This document shows positions 38,201 through 46,209 of a DNA stretch of 64,000 bases, one piece after another. Source of the stretch: an uncultured Porphyromonadaceae bacterium (GTDB lineage: Bacteria; Bacteroidota; Bacteroidia; Bacteroidales; Muribaculaceae); the NCBI GenBank assembly GCA_947177635.1, contig CAMWVQ010000004.1:14481-78480 (forward strand), written 5' to 3'. Every line of letters starts with the position of its first letter. Position 1 is the stretch's first letter. The notes under the pieces are model-generated. The model was given only the letters and a program-made list of their open reading frames with translations, ran no database searches and was not told where the DNA came from. The translations under genes were made by a program, and so were the position numbers.

Positions 38201-41200
38201 GACGCTGGGGCGGAATCATGCGCAAGATGGACAACACCAACTTCGAGCAGTCAAACATCGAGTATGTGCAGTTCTGGATGATGAACCCGTTCCTCGACCC
38301 CGACAATCCCAACTATGACGGTGGCGACCTCTATTTCAACTTCGGCGAGATTTCTGAGGACATACTCAAGGATGGCCTGAAGTCTTATGAAAACGGCATC
38401 CCGGTCGATGGCAACGAGGAATGGCTGGAAACCACTGTCTGGGGACGTGTCTCCCGCCAGAATTCACTGACTTATGCTTTCGACACCAACAACGGCTCGC
38501 GTCTGATGCAGGATGTCGGCCTCGACGGGCTGCGCAATGACGAAGAGTTCGCATTCCCCACTTACTCTTCATTCCTCGACCAGCTGCGCCAGCGTCTGTC
38601 GGCAACCGCCCTCGACCGGATGCAGAACGACATCTTCTCCCCATTCAACGACCCGGCGCAGGATAATTACCATTTCTTCAGGGGATATGACTACGATGAG
38701 CAACGTCTGTCGATTCTCGAGCGCTACAAGCGTTACAACGGTGTGGAGGGGAACTCGCTTCCCCCCGAGGATGCCGCCGATCCGCTGTACCAGAGCGCGA
38801 GGTCGGTGCCTGACGTCGAGGACATCAACCAGGACAACACGCTCAACGAGTATGAGCGTTATTTCCAGTATCGTGTCTCCATACGTCCCGAAGACCTTGT
38901 GGTCGGTAAGAATTATATTTCCGACAAGCAGGTCTCGACGGTCTACACCCGCGACGGACAGACACAGACCGTGGAGTGGTATCAGTTCAAGATACCCCTG
39001 AGCCAGTATGAGAAGAAGGTAGGCTCGATCAATGACTTCTCCACAATCCGCTTCGCCCGTATGTTCATGACCGGCTTCAAGCAGGTGACCCACCTGCGTT
39101 TCGCGACCCTGGAGCTTGTCCGTGGCGAATGGCGCAACTATGACTTCAACCTCAACAACCGTGGCGACGCTCCTGCCGAGGGGCAGATGGATGTGTCGGT
39201 TGTCAATATCGAGGAGAACGCCGACCGCGAGCCGGTCAACTATGTGCTCCCTCCGGGTGTGACCCGAATCGTCGATCCGGGGCAGTCGCAGGCTGTGCAG
39301 CTCAACGAGCAGTCGATGTCGTTGAAGGTGACCGGCCTGAAAGCGGGAGACGGTCGCGGTGTCTACCGCGACACCCAGCAGGACCTCAGAAACTACAAGC
39401 GTCTCCAGATGTGGGTACACGCCGAGAGTCTGATAGATGACGTCACCAACCTGAAGTCCGGCGAGCTGTCAGTGTTCGTGCGCCTCGGCACCGACGTGAA
39501 GGCCAACTACTATGAATATGAGATACCCCTGACGCTGACCCCACACGGAAACTACAACAACTGGCTTGAAAGCGACCGTCAGAAGGTATGGCCCCTGCAG
39601 AACTTCATGGACCTGAACCTCCAGAACCTTGTGAACCTCAAGAAGGAGCGCAACCGCGCCAAGGAGGAGGCGGGCAGCGGCATCGGATATGCCACGGTCT
39701 ACACCGGCCGCGACCCCGACAATGAGCGGAACTCGATGGCGGTGAAGGGTAACCCCTCGCTGAGCGATGTCAGGGTGATACTCATCGGTGTGCGCAACAA
39801 CTCCAACACCGTCAAGGATGGTATCGTGTGGGTCAACGAGTTGAAGGTTACCGACTTCGACGAGGCCGGCGGATGGGCGGCCAAGGCGAACGTCAACCTG
39901 GGGCTGTCTGATGTGGCCACCCTCAATTTCGGTGCGCATGTCGAGACCGCCGGTTTCGGTTCGGTGGACCAGGGGCTGAATGAGCGGCGGATGGATGACT
40001 ACCAGCAGTATAATGTCGCCGTGCAGACTGACCTGGGGCGTTTCCTCCCGGAAAAGGCCAAACTGCGCGCACCCATATATTATTCATACTCCACCGAGAA
40101 GACCACCCCGAAATACAATCCTCTCGACCAGGATGTCTTGCTCAAGGACGCCCTCGACGATGCCCCCGACAAGCATGCCCGTGACTCGATTTCGGCGTAT
40201 GCCGTGGAGCGTTCCACTATACAGAGCTTCTCATTGTCAGGGCTGAAATTCGATGTCACCAGCGCGAAGCCGATGCCTTGGGATCCGTCCAACTTCACGG
40301 TCAATTTCTCTTTCAACAAGCAGGCGAAGAATGACCCGACCACCGAGTATGAGTACACCAACGACTACCGGGGCTCGCTGGCCTACAACTATTCCCCGAT
40401 GGTCAAGGGGTTGAAGCCTCTGGGCTGGCTCAAGTCGAAAAACAAGAATGTGAAATTTTTCAAGGAGTGGGAAATAAACTATCTGCCCAACACAATCTCG
40501 TTCCTGACAAACATGTCGCGCTACTATTACGAGATGCAGACCCGCTCCGAGCTTGACGATACCTTCCAGCTGCCGGTGTCGGTCAGCAAGAATTTCCTCT
40601 GGGACCGCCAGTTCCAGCTCACCTGGAACCTAACCAAGTCGATATCTCTGTCGTTCAACTCCAACACTTCGGCCCGCATTGAAGAGACGGTTGGCGCGGT
40701 GAACAAGAAACTGTTCCCTGACGAGTACAAACAGTGGAAAGACACGGTGTGGAATTCGATTCTCTCGCTCGGTACCCCCTGGGCTTACAACCAGAGTTTC
40801 GTTGCCACATACCGCGCGCCGTTCAACCGCATTCCGGTGCTCGACTTCCTGACCGGAAACTTCTCCTACAACTCAACTTACCGTTGGGACAGGGGGGCGG
40901 AAATCGACGGCTATTCCACCGGAAACAAGATTGCCAACCAGTCGTCGATGAGTGTTGACGGGCGTGTCAACTTCGAGAGCCTTTACAACAAGATTCCTTT
41001 TGTCAAGGATGTCCACAAGCGGTTCAACAATGTTGGCAAGAAGACCGTCGCGCGTAAACCGAAGAAGTTTGAGCGCACATACCGCCTGAACCCTGACACC
41101 ACTTTCACCATCAAGCATAACCTGCGCACCAAGAAAATTCGTATCAAGGGTGAGAATGTCAGCACCAAGGAGCCGTTCGTGTTCAAACACAAGATTGTCG

Positions 41201-42717
41201 ACATGAACACCGTGGAGATTCTGACACCCTCCGACGCCAATGTCAAGTTCACGATCGAGGAGATGCTCAAGGATGATAAGTCGGTGTGGCGTGAAATCGG
41301 GGAATATGCCCTCAGGTTTGTGATGAGTCCGCGCTCGGCCTCGGTGAGGTGGAAGAGGACAAACACGATGTCGATACCGCTGTTCCGCAACGACATCGGC
41401 GACATTTTCGGCCAGTCGACAGGCTATGGCGCGATGTCGCCCGGTCTCGACTTCGCTTTCGGTTTCGCCGGGGAGGACTATGTCTACAAGGCTAAGGACC
41501 GCGGATGGCTCATCACGGATGACGGCCAGACATCTCCCGCCATCATTTCCCGGGCCAACGAGCTGAACCTTGAGTTCCAGCTTGAGTTCGTGAAGGGGCT
41601 GAAGCTGCAGTTGACTATGAACCGCACCGACAACCGCACGCGTCAGATTCAGTTCATGTATCCCGACATGCCTGTCACCTTCTCAGGCTCATACACTAAG
41701 ACCCACTGCGCCATCGGGACAGCCCTCGGCTCTTCCGGCGCTGAGGATGGATATTACAGCCCGGCGTTCCAGAAGATGCTCGACAATATCCCTGTCATTG
41801 CCGACAGATACAACGCGTTGTATGAAGGGGTACGCTATCCGGGCGGAGGGTTTATGGCTGACAATCCCCTGGTGGGACAACCGTTCAATCCCTCGAACGG
41901 TACTGTGTCGCAGACCTCGTCTGATGTGCTCGTGCCGGCATTCATATCGGCCTACACCGGCACCAACCCGCATACACAGTATCTCAATCCTTTCCCCGAT
42001 TTCTCGGCAGTGCTGCCAAACTGGCGTCTTACTTATGACGGCCTTATCAATCTCGGAAATATGAAGAGGTGGTTCAAGAGCTTCTCGCTGAGCCATGCCT
42101 ACCAGTGTACCTATTCCGTAGGTTCCTACTCATCATATCTGAACTGGCTGACGGTTGACGGCACTCTCGGCTTCACCCTCGACACCAACACCGGAATGCC
42201 GGTGCCCTCATCACCCTACAACATCTCGACGGTAGCCATCACCGAACGTTTCGCGCCTCTGGTAGGTGTCAGCGGAACGTTGAAGAATGACTTGCAGTTC
42301 AACCTGGAATGGAAAGACCAGCGCACATTGACGCTCAACACCTCGGCAGGGCAGGTTGTGGAAGCAACCTCGCGTGGGCTGACCATCGGCGCGGGATACA
42401 AAATCATAGGTTTCAACTCAGTGTTGAAGATGCGCGGCTCACAGTCGGGTGTCAGCAACGACCTCACATTGAAGGCTGACTTCTCCTTGCAGAACACACA
42501 GGCACTTATCCGTCGCATCGAGACCAACTACACCCAGGCGACATCCGGAACGCGTACCCTGACCATAAACTTCAACGCCCAGTACATTCTCTCGCGCAAA
42601 CTGACACTCGGGGCGTATTTCGACCATCAGGTCAACACCCCCTTGGTGAGCAACGCCGCCTATCCCACAACCAACTCCTCTTACGGCCTCTCCCTCAACC
42701 TCAACCTCTCCCGCTGA
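35236..42717 (+). CDS. sprA: T9SS outer-membrane translocon SprA/Sov (start codon approximate)
   Basis: 2493 aa. Motifs FDFDQKIQ..VGDRM, DTKFDFD-like DATFDFD, EAGNVS..GS.ALFGVK, LALLNWY-like RALLNWYYID, RWGGIMR, QDVGLDG, PDVEDIN.DNTL, W.NEL-like VWVNEL and TE.FAPL.G. The ruvA-sprA adjacency is familiar from Bacteroidetes. Confidence 0.95.
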   Translation: MLVTSLSRKSIYRRSLWLLCTLAAVVVSAVFVLAEPQSPAGAAGGASITPPPPFPVLPEPTNRNDSIMMPFPVQQTVPAGYEQLMEDQFAADLSTPSNIVTVPEYDPETGFYVIRTKVGDTEITTPFILNEKQYNDWQFRRQLQEYYQERNQALAENKDKQPFNIFDMNFAYGPLEKIFGPGGVSLKTQGSVQIKMGINSNKSDNPSLPIKSRRKTYFDFDQKIQATIAASVGDRMNFNMTYNTDATFDFDSKNIKLAYEGKEDDIVKSIEAGNVSMTTGSSLIRGSTALFGVKSKLQFGKFTVTALLSQQNSESKTVNTKGGSQATDFSVNADQYDQNRHFFLANYFYRNYDQFAARLPLVASGVNITRVEVWVTNKGGKYEQSRNIVAFADLAEGDPAGLNNSYWSVNPSVPVPCNQSNNLLDVIKTEYPGARSINTVTQALEPLRAFGIEGGRDYEKVESARLLNSSEYTLNSTLGYISLKAQLNSDDVLGVAFEYTYNGQVYQVGEFSSDITTTSESLYVKMLKSTTVDPKLPIWRLMMKNVYSLGAYQVQKQNFKLQIKYLSDTTGTLINYLPIPSMSNTPLLQVMNLDRIDSNEQSNPDGFFDFIEGYTIISSNGKVIFPVAEPFGAHLEKKINDPALAQKYVYKELYDSTLVIARQFADKNKFVLAGSYQASSGSQIRLNAMNVPRGSVIVMAGGVQLVENSDYTVDYSMGIVTITNQSIIDSGQSISVTLENQSLFSTQRKTLLGLDMQYAFSKDFNIGATFLHFSEKALTEKVNIGDEVINNSMFGFNVNYNTRFMWLTNLLNKIPTVNATAPSTLSLTAEYALLKPHGQKSGSNTGSSYVDDFESSQTGIDLRSPYSWFLASTPYDSGKDALFPEAALSNDPAYGMNRALLNWYYIDRMFTDRNSSLAPGYIRNDLVQLSNPYVREVTSQEIFPGRELTYGESATVQTLNLSFYPTERGPYNLDASNIDEEGYLLNPERRWGGIMRKMDNTNFEQSNIEYVQFWMMNPFLDPDNPNYDGGDLYFNFGEISEDILKDGLKSYENGIPVDGNEEWLETTVWGRVSRQNSLTYAFDTNNGSRLMQDVGLDGLRNDEEFAFPTYSSFLDQLRQRLSATALDRMQNDIFSPFNDPAQDNYHFFRGYDYDEQRLSILERYKRYNGVEGNSLPPEDAADPLYQSARSVPDVEDINQDNTLNEYERYFQYRVSIRPEDLVVGKNYISDKQVSTVYTRDGQTQTVEWYQFKIPLSQYEKKVGSINDFSTIRFARMFMTGFKQVTHLRFATLELVRGEWRNYDFNLNNRGDAPAEGQMDVSVVNIEENADREPVNYVLPPGVTRIVDPGQSQAVQLNEQSMSLKVTGLKAGDGRGVYRDTQQDLRNYKRLQMWVHAESLIDDVTNLKSGELSVFVRLGTDVKANYYEYEIPLTLTPHGNYNNWLESDRQKVWPLQNFMDLNLQNLVNLKKERNRAKEEAGSGIGYATVYTGRDPDNERNSMAVKGNPSLSDVRVILIGVRNNSNTVKDGIVWVNELKVTDFDEAGGWAAKANVNLGLSDVATLNFGAHVETAGFGSVDQGLNERRMDDYQQYNVAVQTDLGRFLPEKAKLRAPIYYSYSTEKTTPKYNPLDQDVLLKDALDDAPDKHARDSISAYAVERSTIQSFSLSGLKFDVTSAKPMPWDPSNFTVNFSFNKQAKNDPTTEYEYTNDYRGSLAYNYSPMVKGLKPLGWLKSKNKNVKFFKEWEINYLPNTISFLTNMSRYYYEMQTRSELDDTFQLPVSVSKNFLWDRQFQLTWNLTKSISLSFNSNTSARIEETVGAVNKKLFPDEYKQWKDTVWNSILSLGTPWAYNQSFVATYRAPFNRIPVLDFLTGNFSYNSTYRWDRGAEIDGYSTGNKIANQSSMSVDGRVNFESLYNKIPFVKDVHKRFNNVGKKTVARKPKKFERTYRLNPDTTFTIKHNLRTKKIRIKGENVSTKEPFVFKHKIVDMNTVEILTPSDANVKFTIEEMLKDDKSVWREIGEYALRFVMSPRSASVRWKRTNTMSIPLFRNDIGDIFGQSTGYGAMSPGLDFAFGFAGEDYVYKAKDRGWLITDDGQTSPAIISRANELNLEFQLEFVKGLKLQLTMNRTDNRTRQIQFMYPDMPVTFSGSYTKTHCAIGTALGSSGAEDGYYSPAFQKMLDNIPVIADRYNALYEGVRYPGGGFMADNPLVGQPFNPSNGTVSQTSSDVLVPAFISAYTGTNPHTQYLNPFPDFSAVLPNWRLTYDGLINLGNMKRWFKSFSLSHAYQCTYSVGSYSSYLNWLTVDGTLGFTLDTNTGMPVPSSPYNISTVAITERFAPLVGVSGTLKNDLQFNLEWKDQRTLTLNTSAGQVVEATSRGLTIGAGYKIIGFNSVLKMRGSQSGVSNDLTLKADFSLQNTQALIRRIETNYTQATSGTRTLTINFNAQYILSRKLTLGAYFDHQVNTPLVSNAAYPTTNSSYGLSLNLNLSR

Positions 42718-42869
42718 CAGAGATGGGGTGGCGGCAGCCAAACGCCGTGAGGGGCAACCTCTTCATCCCCTGCCTGACAAATCCTTTCCCCCCTTGCTCC
42801 CCCATGTCAAGTCCCTGTCCAGCCATCATTCAGCCTCTGTGATTTTTTTCAATTATTTTTGTCTGGAAA

Positions 42870-42901
42870 TTTGGTTTATAAAATAAAGTTGTTTAACTTT
42901 G
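42870..42901 (+). promoter_or_regulatory. sigmaA promoter with an embedded palindromic operator candidate
   Basis: TTTG-N20-TAACTTTG; the spacer contains GGTTTATAAAATAAAG. Confidence 0.75.
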
Positions 42902-42912
42902 CTCCCGAATAG

Positions 42913-42941
42913 GAGCGGTAATCGCGAGTGCCGCTCTTTTT
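42913..42941 (+). terminator. Terminator-like hairpin in the leader of the membrane protein/wHTH operon
   Basis: GAGCGGTA-N8-TGCCGCTC followed by TTTTT. Confidence 0.6.
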
Positions 42942-42952
42942 CAGGAACGAGT

Positions 42953-42969
42953 GGTTTATAAAATAAACC
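42953..42969. promoter_or_regulatory. Second, perfect copy of the palindromic operator candidate
   Basis: GGTTTAT-AAA-ATAAACC. Confidence 0.6.
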
Positions 42970-42998
42970 GATTTAAAAACTCTAAACAAGTTATATTT

Positions 42999-43622
42999 AT
43001 GGAAGAAAAAAGGATTTCTGAGAAAGAGAGCCTTGAAATCATTACCGAGATGATTTCAAGAACAAAAGACCGTTATATCGGTGACGGCAATATCCTGATG
43101 CTGTGGGGATATCTGACCGTGGTGATGACGGCTGTCATATGGGCCTTGTTGGCCTTGACCCACAATGGGGTTTGGAACTGGCTGTGGTTTGCCATATGGA
43201 TTGTAGGTGGGATAGCCACCCCGATTATGGCACGAAAAAATCAACGCAGAAACGGAGTGAAAAGCTATTCAGACAAAATCAGTTCATCAATCTGGTCTAT
43301 TGTCGGATATTCAGGTATAGTCTCCACACTATGTTGCCTTGGATTCCTGTTGTTAAAAGGGGTTGATTGCTGGAGTATGATGTTTGCATTCGCACTCATC
43401 ATAGTGCCATTCGCAGAGATGGCTCAGGGAATCGTGGTTCGCGAGAAGTCATTCCTGGTTGGCGGCGGAATCGGATTGTTGACAGGCATTTTCACCGTGT
43501 GCTGTATCGCAGGTGGCGTTACGCTCGAAGCCAACTGGTTTCTGCCCTTGTTTATGGTGGCATTCATCTTTATGATGATTGTCCCCGGACATATCCTGAA
43601 CTCAAAATATAAACGGCAATGA
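42999..43622 (+). CDS. Multi-pass membrane protein of unknown function (207 aa)
   Basis: ATG 42999 (MEEKRISEKESLEIITEMISRTK), about 6 TM segments, ATGA overlap with the next gene. Confidence 0.8.
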   Translation: MEEKRISEKESLEIITEMISRTKDRYIGDGNILMLWGYLTVVMTAVIWALLALTHNGVWNWLWFAIWIVGGIATPIMARKNQRRNGVKSYSDKISSSIWSIVGYSGIVSTLCCLGFLLLKGVDCWSMMFAFALIIVPFAEMAQGIVVREKSFLVGGGIGLLTGIFTVCCIAGGVTLEANWFLPLFMVAFIFMMIVPGHILNSKYKRQ

Positions 43623-43900
43623 AAGAGTTGAATCCGCTTTTGCATTCACAGTTGCGACTTGCGGTGATGTCAATTCTCATGAATGTCGAGGAGGCGGATT
43701 TTGTCTATCTCAGACAAAAGACCGAATCCACCGCAGGAAACCTGAGTGTGCAACTCGACAAACTCTCTTCGGCGGGATATATTACGGTGGAGAAAGGGTT
43801 TGTCGGGAAAAAGCCCCGAACAGCCTGTCGTGTCACCAAGAAAGGGAAACAAGCTTTTGAGGAGTATGTCGACACTCTGAGACAATATATCGGGTTGTAG
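43619..43900 (+). CDS. Winged-helix transcriptional regulator (HTH_34-like)
   Basis: LNPLLHSQLRLAVMSILM...DF..LR..T.ST.GNLSVQLDKL..AGYI..EK.FVGKKPRT...T.KG..AF..YV..L. Confidence 0.88.
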   Translation: MKELNPLLHSQLRLAVMSILMNVEEADFVYLRQKTESTAGNLSVQLDKLSSAGYITVEKGFVGKKPRTACRVTKKGKQAFEEYVDTLRQYIGL

Positions 43901-43912
43901 CCCCTTCAAAAT

Positions 43913-43948
43913 AAAGGTTGCCTCTCTAATGGATGAGGGCAACCTTTT
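43913..43948. terminator. Terminator between the wHTH gene and tatD
   Basis: AAAGGTTGCC..GGCAACCTTTT stem with A/T flanks. Confidence 0.7.
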
Positions 43949-43997
43949 GCTGTCGGGCGTAATTGTAGACACCCGGGATATGTGGAATTCTATCCGA

Positions 43998-44834
43998 TTA
44001 CAGGTTGAAGAGGCGGCGGGTGTTGGCCGTTGTCCTTGACGCTACCTCTTCGATTGGGAGCGAAAGGGCAGTGGCGACTCCTTGAGCGATGGCGGGGAGG
44101 TAGGCCGACTGGTTGCGCCGTCCTCTGAACGGCACCGGGGCGAGATAGGGGGAATCGGTTTCCAGCAGTATCCGGTCGATGCCGATTGAAGGCAATACAG
44201 ACCCCAATGTTGAGTTTTTGAATGTCAGGATGCCGTTGATTCCGAAATGGAAGTCGCCGGTTTCGCGAATGCGGGCCACATCCTCGACGGTTCCGCCGAA
44301 GCTGTGGAACACCCCCTGCGGTATGGAGGGGAGGCCACGCAACACCTCCAGTGTCTCGTCAAGACCATCGCGGCAATGGATTATTATCGGCAGATTGTGG
44401 CGCAACGCAATGCGGCATTGCCTGTCGAAGGCACGCATCTGGCGCTCGCGTTTCTCAGGTTCCCAATAAAGGTCGATGCCGATTTCCCCGACCGCGTGGT
44501 AAAGTCCGGGGTTCTCCTCGATTTCCCTCTCGATGATGTCGAGGGCGGCATCGGGATTGTCGGTAAGTTCGGTGGGATGCAGACCCATCGCCATCGATAC
44601 CTTTCCGGGGAATAGGGCTGCGAGCCGTTTCATCGGCCCGATTTCATCGAGGGCGTTGGCGGGAAACATCATATGGCAGACCCCTGCCTGCAAAGCCCTC
44701 TCCACAGCCTCCTCGCCGCCGCGTGGAGTAGGGAGGGGGGGAGGTAGGATTACCCCCTTTTTAGGATGTTTGGGCTGCTCCTCGGTCAGAAAGTCGTCGC
44801 AATAGAGATGGGTATGGCTGTCAATCAATTCCAT
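43998..44834 (-). CDS. tatD: TatD family metal-dependent hydrolase/DNase
   Basis: IDSHTHL, GLHP, VGEIGID, IIHCR, VFHSF and LLETDSPYLAP. Confidence 0.92.
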   Translation of the reverse strand: MELIDSHTHLYCDDFLTEEQPKHPKKGVILPPPLPTPRGGEEAVERALQAGVCHMMFPANALDEIGPMKRLAALFPGKVSMAMGLHPTELTDNPDAALDIIEREIEENPGLYHAVGEIGIDLYWEPEKRERQMRAFDRQCRIALRHNLPIIIHCRDGLDETLEVLRGLPSIPQGVFHSFGGTVEDVARIRETGDFHFGINGILTFKNSTLGSVLPSIGIDRILLETDSPYLAPVPFRGRRNQSAYLPAIAQGVATALSLPIEEVASRTTANTRRLFNL

Positions 44835-44887
44835 AAAAAATCTCCTTGAATCGGGTTGTCAGAGAATCTGGTAGTCAAAGAATCAGG

Positions 44888-45067
44888 TTATCTGAACTGA
44901 TTGATTTCAGGCATATAATCGAAACCGGCATCCTTGAGCTTGTTCTCCAGTTCCTCGCGATTGAGGCTGAGGTCATCGCAGAGGCTGTCGAGGTTTTCGT
45001 AACGGTCGCGAAGCTTCATATTGACCCAGCTCAGTAGCATAAACGGGTCTTTGGGCATATCTTCCAT
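44888..45067 (-). CDS. DUF4250 family small protein
   Basis: MPKDP.MLLS.VNMKLRD.Y.NLD.LCDDL......L..KL..AGF.Y.PE.NQF; start likely 45067. Confidence 0.8.
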   Translation of the reverse strand: MEDMPKDPFMLLSWVNMKLRDRYENLDSLCDDLSLNREELENKLKDAGFDYMPEINQFR

Positions 45068-45110
45068 AACAATTGTCGTTTCAATCGCGCCCAATCTCGG
45101 AACGCGCCCG

Positions 45111-45118
45111 CAAAGTTA
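45111..45118 (-). promoter_or_regulatory. -7 box for DUF4250-tatD
   Basis: TAACTTTG on the minus strand. Confidence 0.55.
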
Positions 45119-45253
45119 CAAAAAATAATCAATAGCGGGAGGTGCTGTTTGTGTTCTCTGTGTTGATGTTGATTATCGGGTTCTCCATTGACGAAAAGAG
45201 ATGTTAAAACAAAACTTATTTTTGAACTGAAATGTTTTTTTCTTGATTATAAT

Positions 45254-45284
45254 TTTGATAATAGGCAAGTAGTGAGTATCTTTG
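45254..45284 (+). promoter_or_regulatory. sigmaA promoter of the AT-rich two-gene cassette
   Basis: TTTG-N19-TATCTTTG. Confidence 0.72.
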
Positions 45285-45303
45285 TCGTCAAAGATGATTG
45301 TTT

Positions 45304-45498
45304 ATGGGCAGTGTATTGAAAATCACAAAAAAGTGTGTTGGTGTTTCTTCCCGGTCATATTCATTGGCTAAGCAGAAATGCTGGCATTCTGTGGCTAATG
45401 GGCAAAATCCTCCAGCTCCCCGGAAGTTATGTTATGGGGAAAGGGTTATTGTCTCTAAATATTGCCATTTTGAAGAATCCGCTTTATTCATTAAATGA
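45304..45498 (+). CDS. Small basic hypothetical protein (64 aa)
   Basis: ATG about 12 nt after the predicted transcription start; its TGA overlaps the ATG of the next gene (ATGA). Confidence 0.5.
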   Translation: MGSVLKITKKCVGVSSRSYSLAKQKCWHSVANGQNPPAPRKLCYGERVIVSKYCHFEESALFIK

Positions 45499-46070
45499 GG
45501 CATATCCTTACAAAAGATTTCAGATATGTTCAGAAAGAGCCATCCCGTGATGGCTCTTTCGATGTTTGTCATACTTATGTCTTTTTCATCGCATTTACAG
45601 ACAGGAAGTCAGGGAAAGCGTGTCGTATTAAATATGTTTCACGAGCTGAGAAAATCGGGGAGGTATTCGCGATAAAGTTTTATGCCAGCCGTGACAGAAA
45701 AAGTATACACGACAAATACAGTCTTGCTCATAAACAATTAAGCTACAAAGCCGTCATTTCTATTTTTGATAGATGTCTGGAAATAATAGCGGAGTGTATC
45801 ATGAAATATCCTGAATCATCATTCGTATTCAAGGGCGCGGAGGCCTATGACCCACGCACGAAAAAATGGGAAGATGAAAAGGAAAACCAGAGATTCAGGA
45901 TATATCGTAGTTATTTGAGCAAAAAGATAGGAACAAAACAATTTTCTCATTTTCATTTCCCTGATAATAGTATCTATCTTTTGGTAAAACGTGATTGCGA
46001 GGACGATGTGGTAAAGAAAGACCGCCTGATGGCGATGTTGATGCATCGCTTTATGCCAGATAATGATTGA
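45495..46070 (+). CDS. Hypothetical low-GC protein (191 aa)
   Basis: Long AT-rich ORF (spot counts 35-40% GC) with globular composition; no family confidently recognised. Confidence 0.75.
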   Translation: MRHILTKDFRYVQKEPSRDGSFDVCHTYVFFIAFTDRKSGKACRIKYVSRAEKIGEVFAIKFYASRDRKSIHDKYSLAHKQLSYKAVISIFDRCLEIIAECIMKYPESSFVFKGAEAYDPRTKKWEDEKENQRFRIYRSYLSKKIGTKQFSHFHFPDNSIYLLVKRDCEDDVVKKDRLMAMLMHRFMPDND

Positions 46071-46209
46071 TATATTGTTGATCTCATTCAAAATACCTGT
46101 TGGCAAATTGCGCAGGATGGTGTTTGAAGGGTTATCGGGGGCGGTTGAGGTGAAAAAAGTAGGGGATGGAGGATGGGGGATTGGTGGAATTTGAGTAATT
46201 TTGTGGATT

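Noticed and set aside
46196-46209. TAATTTTG just before the polyprenyl synthase ATG, suggesting a leaderless mRNA
   Set aside because: No good -33 box; cannot be distinguished from an AT-rich translation-initiation region without TSS data.
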